DNA of 64,000 bases from an uncultured Alphaproteobacteria bacterium (GCA_947627155.1 CANQUX010000005.1:13513-77512), one strand, 5' to 3'. Counted from the first letter of the stretch, positions 17,320 to 27,713 are shown. Notes: generated by a model not told the origin, from the sequence alone. Numbers and translations are program-made.

Positions 17320-18624
17320 ATGTTTTTTAAAGCACCAAATCCGGTTAAATTAACACAACCGACAACACCAACGGCCATGCCCATACCAACACCCATGCCG
17401 CAACAACAGGCTTCTTTTACACCCGAACCGATACCGAGTGCTCCGGCTCCTTTGCCGGAATCGACGGTACCGCCGGAACAAACGGAAACGCCAGCAATTT
17501 CACCCGTTCAGGTCACAGAAGCACCGGCCGTAAATCCGTATGCAAAACCGGCCGGCTATGTTGAGCCGCAGCAACAGGAACCTGCGCCGGAAACACATGT
17601 TACGGTAAATACTATAGAGCCGCATGAAGAAATTTTACCGAACGGTGATAAAGTCTTCAAGGCAGCTTCTTTAAAAGATGTCAGTTTTTCGGATATTTGG
17701 TATACACCCGAAAAAATAGCCTATATTCGGGATAAATCCACCAAATTTGCACTTATTCCGTTTGAAACGAACGATTTGGAAGATTTTTACAAAATGTTGG
17801 AACAAGGCTATACGGGCGCTTCCTCCTATGCCTGCCGATTTAAAGGCGAATCGTATCGTATCGAACGAGTCGTTACAACAACGGGCATTCAATACAATTG
17901 CCGTAAAATGCCTGTTTCAACACCGAATTTATATACATTGGGCATTCCCGATCCGATTACAAAATATTTGGCAACATTGGCAACGGAAGCCGGCTTAATT
18001 TTGTTTGCCGGTCCGACGGGTATGGGAAAAACAACCACAGCCTCTGCTTTAATGAGAGAATTTTTGGAAAATCACGGCGGCTTTTTATATACGATTGAAG
18101 ATCCGCCGGAAATGCCGCTGGACGGTTTATATCACGCCAGAAACGGCGCATTGGGATTGTGCAAACAATCACCGGTGGAAAACGAGCGCTGGGAAGACGG
18201 CTTAAAATCGGCGTTACGTTCTCGTCCGCGTTATATTTTGGTTGGCGAAATCAGAGCGCCGGAGGTTGCCTCGCAGGTTTTACGGGCAGCCACTTCCGGA
18301 CACTTGGTGTTATCCACCATTCACGCCACCAGCGTGGAAGATGCTTTGAATTCCATGATTAAGTATGCCTCCGGTGCCGGATTAGATGAAAAACTGGTCG
18401 CTGACTTGTTGGCACGCGGTATTTTAGCGGTTGTTCATCAAAAACTGGAAGGTACACTCACATTACACCCTGTTGTTCAAACGTGTTTTGCCAATCCGAA
18501 TCCGTTAATGCCCGATCAAATGCGCAACGCCATTCGGGAGGGACGAATCAGCTTGGGAACTTTAATGGAGGCGCAACAAACAAAATTGTTCCGCGGGGCT
18601 TCCATGTTTAAAGAAATGCGTTAA
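17320..18624 (+). CDS. PilT/VirB11-family secretion ATPase with an about 130 aa Pro-rich N-terminal extension
   Basis: Walker A GPTGMGKTTT, Asp box TIEDPPE, Walker B ILVGEIR, His box GHLVLSTIHA, and PilT-like C-terminal motif MRNAIRE. Confidence 0.75.
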   Translation: MFFKAPNPVKLTQPTTPTAMPIPTPMPQQQASFTPEPIPSAPAPLPESTVPPEQTETPAISPVQVTEAPAVNPYAKPAGYVEPQQQEPAPETHVTVNTIEPHEEILPNGDKVFKAASLKDVSFSDIWYTPEKIAYIRDKSTKFALIPFETNDLEDFYKMLEQGYTGASSYACRFKGESYRIERVVTTTGIQYNCRKMPVSTPNLYTLGIPDPITKYLATLATEAGLILFAGPTGMGKTTTASALMREFLENHGGFLYTIEDPPEMPLDGLYHARNGALGLCKQSPVENERWEDGLKSALRSRPRYILVGEIRAPEVASQVLRAATSGHLVLSTIHATSVEDALNSMIKYASGAGLDEKLVADLLARGILAVVHQKLEGTLTLHPVVQTCFANPNPLMPDQMRNAIREGRISLGTLMEAQQTKLFRGASMFKEMR

Positions 18625-18633
18625 AAAATCAAA

Positions 18634-18667
18634 ATGCCCGTTTTGAAAAAAGCGGGCATTTTTTTTA
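18634..18667 (+). terminator. Rho-independent terminator following the PilT-like gene
   Basis: ATGCCCG..CGGGCAT stem followed by T8. Confidence 0.55.
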
Positions 18668-18746
18668 TTTTTTTAATCATACATATTGCTTTTTGTTCAA
18701 AACAACCTATATGTGTATGTCATCAAAAAAAGAAAGAAGGTTACTC

Positions 18747-20603
18747 ATGACGGAAAAAGAAGAACAAAAAATCGAGTTTAAAGCCGAAGTCAGCAAGGTT
18801 TTGGATATTGTGATTCATTCATTATATTCCAATAATGAAATTTTCTTACGCGAATTGATTTCAAACGCCTCGGACGCGTGTGACAAATTGCGTTATGCCC
18901 TGCTCATTCACCCGGATTTATCCAAAGAAGCTTCGGCGTTTAAAATTACGTTAACTCCCGATTCGAAAGCCGATACGCTCACCGTTACCGATAACGGCAT
19001 CGGCATGGATAAAGAAGATTTAATCAATCATTTGGGCACCATTGCCCGATCGGGTTCTGCCGAATTCATCAAATCTTTAACGGGGGATAAACAAAAAGAT
19101 ATGGCCTTAATCGGACAATTCGGCGTGGGATTTTATGCCGCTTTTATGGTGGCGGACAGCGTGACCGTCAAAACGCGGAAAGCCGGCACCGATACCGGTT
19201 ATGTGTGGACATCGGCCGGCGCCGATTCGTTCACGATAACGCCGGCGGAAAAATTGCCGGTCGGCACCAGCGTGATTTTGCACTTAAAACCCGATGCCAA
19301 AGAATATTTGGAACCGATTCGGTTGCGTCATCTTGTACGACAATATTCCGATCACATTTCTTTACCGATTATTTTGAAAGAAGGCGATAAAGAAGAAACA
19401 ATCAATTCGGCCAGCGCTTTATGGACGCGCAAAAAAACCGATATCACGCCTGAACAATATAAAGATTTTTATCAATCCGTTTCGCATGCTTTTGATGATC
19501 CGTGGATGACGCTTCATTATAAAGCCGAAGGCGTGATTGACTATACGGCTTTATTGTTCGTGCCGACAAAACCGCCGTTTAATTTATTTCAACCCGATCG
19601 AAAATCCGGCCTGCAATTATATGTCAACAAAGTGTTTATTTCCGATGATATTCCCGATTTAATGCCGTTCTATCTGCGGTTTGTGACCGGGGTTATCGAC
19701 ACCAACGATTTACCGCTGAACGTAAGTCGTGAAATGTTGCAAAAAACGCCCGTGATGAGTAAAATTAAAAAGGGCATTGTCAAACATTTATTAACGGAAT
19801 TGAAAAAACGTGCCGAAGATAAAGCCGATTACCAAAAGTTTTGGGACAGTTTCGGTATTGTCTTTAAAGAAGGTCTTTATGAACCGATTGACGAAAGAGA
19901 AGAAGTTGCCGAATTATGCCGATTCCACGTTTCCGCCTCCGATGATCTCATCAGTTTTGCCGATTACGTAGGGCTGATGAAACAAAATCAGGAAAATATT
20001 TATTATTTATCCGGCTCCGATTTGGCCACCTTAAAAACAAATCCGCAACTGGAAGGATTTTCGGCACGCGGTATTCCCGTTTTATTGTTGACTGATCCGA
20101 TTGATGAGTTCTGGGTGCAAACATTTACGGAATATAAAGGCAAAAAAATTATTTCGGTCATGCATGCCAAAAACGATTTGGAAAAAATTAAACCCGAATC
20201 GGAACCGGCGGGTGATAAATTGGAAAAAGCCGATGAATTAACCAAACGAATCAAAGAAATTTTAGGCGATAAAATCAATTCGGTACAAGTGACCGATCGA
20301 CTCACCAAAAGCCCCATGGCGCTTATCACGCCCGAAGGACAAATGAGCCTTCACCTGGAACGCTTAATGAAAGCCAACGGACAACAAATTGCCTATGCCA
20401 GCGACCGAATCGTCGAGATTAATCCGCGTCATCCGCTGATTCATAAACTGGCCGAGCTTGTCAGCCGGAAAGAAGCGCCGGAAAAAGTGGCCGATGCCGT
20501 TTGGGTGTTGTATGATCAAGCCTTAATTGCGGAAGGCGAAAATATTTCCGATCCGGCGGCCTTTACCGACCGACTCGGAAAATTTATGTTGTCAGGTTTA
20601 TAA
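18747..20603 (+). CDS. htpG: Molecular chaperone HtpG (Hsp90)
   Basis: GHKL ATPase motif LISNASDACDKLRY; RBS-supported start MTEKEEQ at 18747. Confidence 0.95.
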   Translation: MTEKEEQKIEFKAEVSKVLDIVIHSLYSNNEIFLRELISNASDACDKLRYALLIHPDLSKEASAFKITLTPDSKADTLTVTDNGIGMDKEDLINHLGTIARSGSAEFIKSLTGDKQKDMALIGQFGVGFYAAFMVADSVTVKTRKAGTDTGYVWTSAGADSFTITPAEKLPVGTSVILHLKPDAKEYLEPIRLRHLVRQYSDHISLPIILKEGDKEETINSASALWTRKKTDITPEQYKDFYQSVSHAFDDPWMTLHYKAEGVIDYTALLFVPTKPPFNLFQPDRKSGLQLYVNKVFISDDIPDLMPFYLRFVTGVIDTNDLPLNVSREMLQKTPVMSKIKKGIVKHLLTELKKRAEDKADYQKFWDSFGIVFKEGLYEPIDEREEVAELCRFHVSASDDLISFADYVGLMKQNQENIYYLSGSDLATLKTNPQLEGFSARGIPVLLLTDPIDEFWVQTFTEYKGKKIISVMHAKNDLEKIKPESEPAGDKLEKADELTKRIKEILGDKINSVQVTDRLTKSPMALITPEGQMSLHLERLMKANGQQIAYASDRIVEINPRHPLIHKLAELVSRKEAPEKVADAVWVLYDQALIAEGENISDPAAFTDRLGKFMLSGL

Positions 20604-20634
20604 AAACCTCATCTCGTTTTCTTTCAGTTTTAAA

Positions 20635-20664
20635 ATCCCTGCCGATTCGCAGGGATTTTTTTTA
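20635..20664 (+). terminator. Rho-independent terminator following htpG
   Basis: ATCCCTGC..GCAGGGAT stem followed by T8. Confidence 0.6.
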
Positions 20665-21060
20665 ATGTATTCAAAAGAACAAAAAAATAATTCGATTTAT
20701 TAAAAAAATATTTAAAAAAGTAAATAAAAACAACCTGTTTTTCAAAAAAATATTCATAAAACACCCCTTTTTCGAAAAAACGAATCAAAAAATAAAATAA
20801 AAATTTTTAAATTCAAAAGATTATAATTATATGCGTTTTTTTGCCTTTCCTATTTTTCGGCTTTTATACCTTTTTGTCCAGTTTGTCAAAAACCATACGA
20901 AAAAATCGTTCAAAAAAATGCTTATTTTTGAATGCATTTTAAAAAAAATTTTTTTTATGGCAAAAAACGTTTGACATTTTAATATCAGACATGCTAACTG
21001 GAATCAGTAAAAACAAATTTTCTACCATATCTTGTGTTTATTTGATAAAAGGAGTACTAT

Positions 21061-23121
21061 ATGTTGGGCGTTGTACAAGGCGAAGACAAAAACAATATTG
21101 ATTTGGGACCTTTAACCGAAGTCATTAAACGGGACGGTGCCCGGCATGCATTTGATGCCTCCAAAATTGCCATGGCCATCACGCGCGCCGGTGAAGCCAC
21201 AAACGAATTCGGCACCGATGAAGCTTGGTTATTAACACGGCAGGTCATTAAGGTTTTAAAACATAAATTTGCTTTCGGACATATTCCCGCCATTGAGCAA
21301 ATTCAAGATGTTGTCGAACAGGTTTTAATTTCCTCGAATTACTATAAAACGGCGCGCTCTTATATTGTTTATCGCGAACAACGGGATAAAATTCGCAAAG
21401 ACAAGCATGCTGCCATTGATGCCATTTCCTCCATTAACGAATATTTGGATCGTTCCGATTGGCGGGTGAATGCCAATGCCAATCAGGGTTATTCGCTCGG
21501 CGGCTTAATTTTAAACGTGTCGGGAAAAGTGGTTGCCAACTATTGGTTAAATCACGTTTACACGCCGGAAATCGGTGAAGCGCACCGCAACGGTGATTAT
21601 CACATTCACGATTTGGATATGTTATCGGGTTATTGTGCCGGCTGGTCGTTACGGGTGTTATTAACGGAAGGATTTAACGGCGTACCGAATAAAGTGGAAT
21701 CAAAACCGCCGCGTCATTTGGTTTCGGCATTCAGTCAAATGATTAACTTTTTAGGAACGCTGCAAAACGAATGGGCAGGCGCACAAGCCTTTTCATCGGC
21801 CGATACTTATTTAGCACCCTTCGTACGCATTGAAAAACTATCGTATGAAGATGTCAAGCAAGCCATGCAATCTTTTATCTTCAACTTAAACGTGCCGTCA
21901 CGCTGGGGAACACAAACACCGTTTACGAATTTAACGTTTGACTGGACGTGTCCCGATGATTTAAAAGATCGTCATCCGATTATCGGCGGTGTGGAACAAG
22001 ATTTTGTTTACGGCGATTTACAAAAAGAAATGGATATGATCAATCGGGCCTTTTTGGAAGTAATGGGTGCCGGTGATGCCAAAGGTCGACCGTTTACATT
22101 CCCGATTCCCACTTATAATATTACCGATGAGTTTCCGTGGGATTCGCCCAACACCGAATATTTGTTTGAAATGACGGCAAAATACGGCCTGCCTTATTTT
22201 TCAAACTATTTAAATTCCGATATGAAGCCGAGTGACATTCGTTCCATGTGCTGCCGGTTACGGTTAGACTTAACCGAATTGAAAAAACGGGGCGGAGGTT
22301 TATTCGGTTCGGCCGAACAAACGGGATCCATCGGCGTTGTCACCATTAACTGCGCCCGACTGGGTTATTTATTCAAAGGACAGAAAGAAGCGTTATATAA
22401 ACGGTTGGACGAATTATTGGATTTAGCCAAAACATCGTTGGAAATTAAACGGAAAACCATTTCCATGCATATGGACAGAGGGTTATATCCCTATACGCGG
22501 CGGTATTTGGGAACCTTCCGCAACCACTTTTCAACCATCGGTGTGAACGGTATCAATGAAATGATTCGTAACTTCACAAATGATATGGAAAACATTACCA
22601 CCGAATACGGTCGTACGTTTGCCAAAGATTTTTTAACGCATATTCGTGAAAAAATGCTGGAATTCCAAGCTGAAACAGGTAATATGTATAATTTGGAAGC
22701 AACCCCGGCGGAAGGAACGACATATCGTTTTGCCAAGGAGGATCAAAAACGGTACAGCGGTATTATTCAAGCCGGCACCAAAGAGGCGCCTTACTATACC
22801 AACTCTTCTCAATTGCCGGCCGGCTTTACGGATGATCCGTTCAAAGCACTGGATTATCAGGATGACTTACAAACGCAATATACCGGCGGCACCGTTTTAC
22901 ACTTATACATGAGTGAACGCATTTCATCGGCATCAGCTTGTAAAGCGCTGATTCGGCGTGTTCTGGAAAATTATCGGTTACCTTATGTATCGGTCACACC
23001 GGTTTATTCCATTTGCCCGAAACACGGCTACATTGCCGGCGAACACAAATACTGCCCCCTCTGCGATCAGGAATTGATTGAGAAAAAACGCAAAGAATTG
23101 GAAGCGGCAGGTAACTTTTAA
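21061..23121 (+). CDS. nrdD: Anaerobic ribonucleoside-triphosphate reductase (class III) large polypeptide. It ends after the Zn-ribbon and lacks the glycyl-radical motif
   Basis: Class III RNR core, plus a C-terminal CxxC...CxxC ribbon (ICPKHGY...CPLC). Confidence 0.9.
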   Translation: MLGVVQGEDKNNIDLGPLTEVIKRDGARHAFDASKIAMAITRAGEATNEFGTDEAWLLTRQVIKVLKHKFAFGHIPAIEQIQDVVEQVLISSNYYKTARSYIVYREQRDKIRKDKHAAIDAISSINEYLDRSDWRVNANANQGYSLGGLILNVSGKVVANYWLNHVYTPEIGEAHRNGDYHIHDLDMLSGYCAGWSLRVLLTEGFNGVPNKVESKPPRHLVSAFSQMINFLGTLQNEWAGAQAFSSADTYLAPFVRIEKLSYEDVKQAMQSFIFNLNVPSRWGTQTPFTNLTFDWTCPDDLKDRHPIIGGVEQDFVYGDLQKEMDMINRAFLEVMGAGDAKGRPFTFPIPTYNITDEFPWDSPNTEYLFEMTAKYGLPYFSNYLNSDMKPSDIRSMCCRLRLDLTELKKRGGGLFGSAEQTGSIGVVTINCARLGYLFKGQKEALYKRLDELLDLAKTSLEIKRKTISMHMDRGLYPYTRRYLGTFRNHFSTIGVNGINEMIRNFTNDMENITTEYGRTFAKDFLTHIREKMLEFQAETGNMYNLEATPAEGTTYRFAKEDQKRYSGIIQAGTKEAPYYTNSSQLPAGFTDDPFKALDYQDDLQTQYTGGTVLHLYMSERISSASACKALIRRVLENYRLPYVSVTPVYSICPKHGYIAGEHKYCPLCDQELIEKKRKELEAAGNF

Positions 23122-23288
23122 AACAGGGAGAAAACCATGAGTCAAAAACCTCAACAAACAAAAAAGAAAATCTCAACGCAAAAGCCGTTTGTTTGGCTCC
23201 CTCGTTCCGAAAAGAAAGAAAAGGGACTTCGGCAATTGTCGTTTGATGATTACTTGAAAAAAACAAACCAACATACGAAAGGATAACC

Positions 23289-23477
23289 ATGACAGATACC
23301 GAAATTTTAAAAAACCACGAACAAGAACGTCAACCCGTCGAATGCTGGACACGCGTAATGGGTTACTTCCGTCCGTACAGTCAATTCAATAAAGGGAAAA
23401 AATCGGAATTCAACGAACGCCAATGGTTCCTTGAAGAAAAATGCAATTGTGCCCGTACAACCGAAAAAGCTGCTTAA
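23289..23477 (+). CDS. Small protein carrying an NrdD-type glycyl-radical motif; candidate stand-alone radical domain
   Basis: TRVMGYFRPYSQFNKGKKSEFNERQ resembles the NrdD C-terminal RVCGY...N.GK..EF region. It lies between nrdD and nrdG. Confidence 0.55.
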   Translation: MTDTEILKNHEQERQPVECWTRVMGYFRPYSQFNKGKKSEFNERQWFLEEKCNCARTTEKAA

Positions 23478-23489
23478 TCGGAGTTTATC

Positions 23490-24179
23490 ATGTTAACGCC
23501 GGCCGGATTGGTTCCCTTCACCACCATTGATTTTCCGAACCGTCTGGCCGCCGTTATTTTTTTTCAGGGATGTCCGCTCAGATGTCCCTTTTGTCATAAT
23601 CCGAATTTGCAACCGGCCCATGCGCAAAGCACAACCGATTGGGAGGAAATCATTTCTTTTTTAAAATCCCGTCAAAAGCAGCTGGACGGCGTTGTTTTCA
23701 GTGGCGGCGAACCTTTAATGCAGCCGGATTTAAAAAAAGGCATGCAAACAATTAAAGATATAGGCTTTCAAGTTGCCATTCATACCAGCGGTGTTTTTCC
23801 CGATAAGTTTGCCGAAGTGTTACCGCTCATTGATTGGGTCGGGTTAGATATTAAAGCGCCATGGGAAAAATATGCCCTGCTGACGGGGCGCGCCGATATA
23901 ACGGCAGCGGTACAAAAAAGTTTACGTCTTGTGTTGCAATCACAAACGGATTATGAAGTTCGCACCACTTTGGATCCCCGATATTTAACCGTTGATGATG
24001 TTTATCATCTGGCCGATGAATTAACGGCCGAAAAGGTGCAAACTTACACATTGCAAAAATATCGCACGTTTGATACGGATCAAAATCCGCCGCAACAAAG
24101 TCAAATCGATTCGTTTTTCAAAGATACCGCCTTAATGACTTATTTACAAAATCATTTTTTGCACTTTACCTGTCGATAA
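23490..24179 (+). CDS. nrdG: Anaerobic ribonucleotide reductase activating protein (radical SAM)
   Basis: Radical SAM motif CPLRCPFCHN; located downstream of nrdD. Confidence 0.85.
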   Translation: MLTPAGLVPFTTIDFPNRLAAVIFFQGCPLRCPFCHNPNLQPAHAQSTTDWEEIISFLKSRQKQLDGVVFSGGEPLMQPDLKKGMQTIKDIGFQVAIHTSGVFPDKFAEVLPLIDWVGLDIKAPWEKYALLTGRADITAAVQKSLRLVLQSQTDYEVRTTLDPRYLTVDDVYHLADELTAEKVQTYTLQKYRTFDTDQNPPQQSQIDSFFKDTALMTYLQNHFLHFTCR

Positions 24180-24269
24180 CAAATAAAAAGCTTGTCTTTT
24201 CTTCTTTTTTCGGGTATAATGGAAAAAGAATAAATTGAAACAGGTTTTTATGAAAGACAGAGGCCCCAA

Positions 24270-25487
24270 ATGGCGGAGATAAAACAAACACCCGATATTC
24301 CCGTTGAAGAAACCGAATTGAATCTCTCTTCTTTTGATTTTCAACAACAGTTGGAACTGTTAAATCGTCAAAAAGCCGATTTGTTGCATCGAAAAAAAGT
24401 GGCCGATCATTTTTCTCAAACCGCCCAGCGAAAATTAGATGAAATTGATGAGCAAATTTTAATTATTAAAGGCTTTTTGGGCGAAAAAGACACCAATGAA
24501 ATCAAGCCTTTGGAAGTGTTTGATGATAAAACAAACGAACGCTTCCAGGCAAATCCCGCACCCCAAAAATTTGAGCCGCGTTTAATTGTGAAAGGCAAAC
24601 AGGAGGAAGACGCGGAAAACGAAGAAACCGAAAAGAAAGAAAAAGAAGCTTTCACGCAACAAGCGCAGCCCAATCAGCCGCAACAACCGCAACAGCCGCG
24701 AACACCCCCGCAACCCAATCAACCGCAGCAACCGCAACAGCAGCCGGAATTAACCCCTGCCGAACGATTGGAACAAATTCGGCAAAAACTTACGCAACGC
24801 GATCCGCGCAAGCAAAAAGAAGGGTTGGAGGAGTTGAAAAAACCCGAAAACAAAGAGCTGGGTAAAGATGATCCGGTGTTTCAAAAATTGAAAAAAAATG
24901 CCGAAAAACGTGTCCAACGTTTTGATAAGATTCGCGAGAGTTTGCGCAAAAACTTAAAAACGTTAATGCAGTCCGATTCGGAAGTCGTTAAAAAAAATTT
25001 GGATCACATTCGTGCCGGTCGAATCGGTATGGGTATGGCCGGTATGAAAGAAATCGGCAAAACAACCGATCCGCGTTTTAATGATGTTGCCAAAGCAGCC
25101 CAGGGATTGTTTGAAAACGTCAGTGCCCTTTATAAGGAATTCGGCATTAAGCCCGAAGAAGCACTTTCTCGGGAAGCGCTTAATGAAGCAAAACCCACAT
25201 TTACCCGACAAATGGGCTTTAAATCGAAAGAAGATAAAGACATTGATCGCAATTCGGGTCAAAACCGTTGGTTAGGACAATCGAACGAGTTGAGCGAAGA
25301 AGAACGACACACTTATAAGAAAATTAAAGATATTTACGGTGTTGAGGTGGATAAATTACCGCCGGTTGATGCGCAAACACAAAAAGATATGTGGATTATA
25401 CGGGAAATTATTAAAGAAACAGCCCAAACAACCACAACCAAAATTAAACCGGCTTTATTGATGCAATCGGGCGGAAACTCTTTATAA
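24270..25487 (+). CDS. Hypothetical charged protein with Gln/Pro-rich tandem repeats (QPQQPQQP...)
   Basis: ORF only. Low-complexity repeats at about 24660-24750; no recognizable domain. Confidence 0.5.
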   Translation: MAEIKQTPDIPVEETELNLSSFDFQQQLELLNRQKADLLHRKKVADHFSQTAQRKLDEIDEQILIIKGFLGEKDTNEIKPLEVFDDKTNERFQANPAPQKFEPRLIVKGKQEEDAENEETEKKEKEAFTQQAQPNQPQQPQQPRTPPQPNQPQQPQQQPELTPAERLEQIRQKLTQRDPRKQKEGLEELKKPENKELGKDDPVFQKLKKNAEKRVQRFDKIRESLRKNLKTLMQSDSEVVKKNLDHIRAGRIGMGMAGMKEIGKTTDPRFNDVAKAAQGLFENVSALYKEFGIKPEEALSREALNEAKPTFTRQMGFKSKEDKDIDRNSGQNRWLGQSNELSEEERHTYKKIKDIYGVEVDKLPPVDAQTQKDMWIIREIIKETAQTTTTKIKPALLMQSGGNSL

Positions 25488-25833
25488 AATAAAACCGTTT
25501 TTAAAATTTTTGTGTCAATACAACACATATCTTAAAAAAACACCTTCTCTACCTTTGGTTATGTTTTAACAGACGAGTCGTTTTTATTCTTGTCCCGAGT
25601 CGTTTTACAGCACTTCTTTATTTTTCAAAAAAGTGTTTATTATTTTCTTTTTTTGCGTTTAATAATACCATATATTGATTCTTTGAATCTATATGTTGGG
25701 TCAAGAATTTTATTTTTAAAAATTAACAAAAAGTTAATTGCATTTTTAAGAGAACCCTTTAATATGATTCTTGTGAGAGAAAAGAAAAATCACAAAAGGA
25801 ATAAAATAAAAAAGACAAAAGTCAGGGTTAATA

Positions 25834-27273
25834 ATGGAAGAACAGACACAAATTATCGGCGAGTGGGAAAAAGTATACGGTGCTTTGGAAAAAGAAGTCA
25901 ATAACCGATTGGTTATGAAGTGGCTGAAACGCAGTATTCCCGAAAAAACCGATTCGAATCGCGTTTGTTTGGCCTTTCCGTCTCCCTGTATCGAAGAGGT
26001 GATTAAGCGCAATTATGCACATCAGATTTTAAATATTTGGCAACGGGAAAATCCGGCCGTCACTGCTCTTGATTTTAAAGTTTTATCACCTCAAAATAAA
26101 AATAACAGCGCTCCTTTACCGGCCGCCGACTCTTGTGAATTGCAACCGATTGTCGATTCTGCCGAATCACAACCGATTGTTGTCGATAAAATGAAGCGTT
26201 ACGGCTTCTCAAAGGTTGAAATTGATGTAACGAGCGATAGCGAAACAATTCCCTGTTATTTAGACGAATCGCATACGTTTGATCAATTTGTTGTCGGGCA
26301 ATCAAATGTTTTTGCTTATGAAGCCGCACGCCGGGTGGCCGAAGATGAAAAAGATGTGTTTAATCCGCTTTACATTCATGCGCCGGTGGGATTGGGCAAA
26401 ACGCATTTATTACATGCCGTTGCCTGGCGCGTAAAAGAACTGTATCCCGATAAAAACGTGCTTTATATTTCCTCGGAACAATTTTTCCAATATTTTTTAA
26501 AGGCGTTACGAAACAAAAAAACCGATTCGTTTCGTGATTTATTCCGCGCGGTCGATATTTTAATGATTGATGATATTCAATTTATCTGCGGGAAAAAAGC
26601 AACGCAGGAAGAGTTTTTTCACACGTTTAATCAACTGATTGCCTGCGGGAAAAAAGTGATTTTATCATCCGATTCGCACCCCATGGATCTGGTTGAAATG
26701 CAAGAACGCTTAAAAACCCGTATTGCCCAAGGGCTGGTTGTTCATATTGAGCCGACAACTTATGAATTGCGACTGGGTATTTTACGGGAAAAAGGAAAGC
26801 ATTTACCCGTTCAAATCAGTGACGAAGTTTTAGATTTTCTGGCAAAAAACATTACCGGCAGCATTCGGGAATTGGAAGGGGCATTAAAGCGATTGACGGC
26901 ACATGCGCAAATTATGGGAACGCCCATCAATCCGCAAACCACCCGAAGCGTTTTAAAAGATATGTTGCAAGTTTATGATCGGCAATTTTCAGTAAACGAA
27001 ATTCAACGTGTTACGGCCGATTACTATCATTTAAAATTATCTGACATACAATCATCCCGTCGAGATCGAAAAATTGCGCGGCCGCGGCAAATGGCCATGT
27101 ATTTGGCCAAAACGGCAACGGCTTTATCGCTTCCCGATATCGGTCGGCGATTCGGGCGTGATCACACTACGGTCATGCATGCCGTTAAAACCATTGAAGA
27201 TTTAATGAGTCGGGATAAGCAATTATGCCAAGATAAAGAAAACATTTTAATGCGGTTAAGGGAGGGTGTATGA
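25834..27273 (+). CDS. dnaA: Chromosomal replication initiator protein DnaA
   Basis: AAA+ Walker A GLGKTHLLHAV and a C-terminal DnaA-box-binding domain (MAMYLAK...HTTVMHA). Confidence 0.95.
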   Translation: MEEQTQIIGEWEKVYGALEKEVNNRLVMKWLKRSIPEKTDSNRVCLAFPSPCIEEVIKRNYAHQILNIWQRENPAVTALDFKVLSPQNKNNSAPLPAADSCELQPIVDSAESQPIVVDKMKRYGFSKVEIDVTSDSETIPCYLDESHTFDQFVVGQSNVFAYEAARRVAEDEKDVFNPLYIHAPVGLGKTHLLHAVAWRVKELYPDKNVLYISSEQFFQYFLKALRNKKTDSFRDLFRAVDILMIDDIQFICGKKATQEEFFHTFNQLIACGKKVILSSDSHPMDLVEMQERLKTRIAQGLVVHIEPTTYELRLGILREKGKHLPVQISDEVLDFLAKNITGSIRELEGALKRLTAHAQIMGTPINPQTTRSVLKDMLQVYDRQFSVNEIQRVTADYYHLKLSDIQSSRRDRKIARPRQMAMYLAKTATALSLPDIGRRFGRDHTTVMHAVKTIEDLMSRDKQLCQDKENILMRLREGV

Positions 27274-27713
27274 GCAATTCAAATCCGTTTCACAATCCGT
27301 TTATGCTGGGTTTTGACGAACTGGAAGATATTTTTTTAAGTATATCCAAAGGAGCAGAGAGTTTTCCGCCGTATAATATTGAACAAACGGGAACACGTAC
27401 GTTACGCATTACATTGGCAGTGGCGGGATATAGGGAAGACGATTTGGAAGTTGTATTGGAGGAGAATCGATTGATTATCCGCGGGCGTCAAACACCGGAT
27501 GAAAATCGGCATTTTCTATACCGCGGCATTGCGGGGCGGACGTTTTTAAAATCTTTTGTTTTGGCGCAAGGGTTAAAAATAACGGGTGCTTCTTTGGAAA
27601 ACGGTTTATTGAATATTGATTTGGAACGACCCGAATCAGTTAAAAACATTCAAAAAATTACCATTCAAACAAAAGGAAAAGAAAAAAAATTATTAAAGGG
27701 GAAAATTTCATGA
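27270..27713 (+). CDS. Hsp20/alpha-crystallin family small heat-shock protein
   Basis: Alpha-crystallin domain (NIEQTGTRTLRITLAVAGYREDDLEV). Confidence 0.85.
   Translation: MSNSNPFHNPFMLGFDELEDIFLSISKGAESFPPYNIEQTGTRTLRITLAVAGYREDDLEVVLEENRLIIRGRQTPDENRHFLYRGIAGRTFLKSFVLAQGLKITGASLENGLLNIDLERPESVKNIQKITIQTKGKEKKLLKGKIS

Noticed and set aside
20604-21060. NrdR or FNR box upstream of nrdD (TTGACATTTTAATATCA, ACCATATCTTGTGT)
   Set aside because: Neither segment forms the required palindrome (TTGAT-N4-ATCAA, or the 16 bp NrdR box). The similarity is too weak to call.
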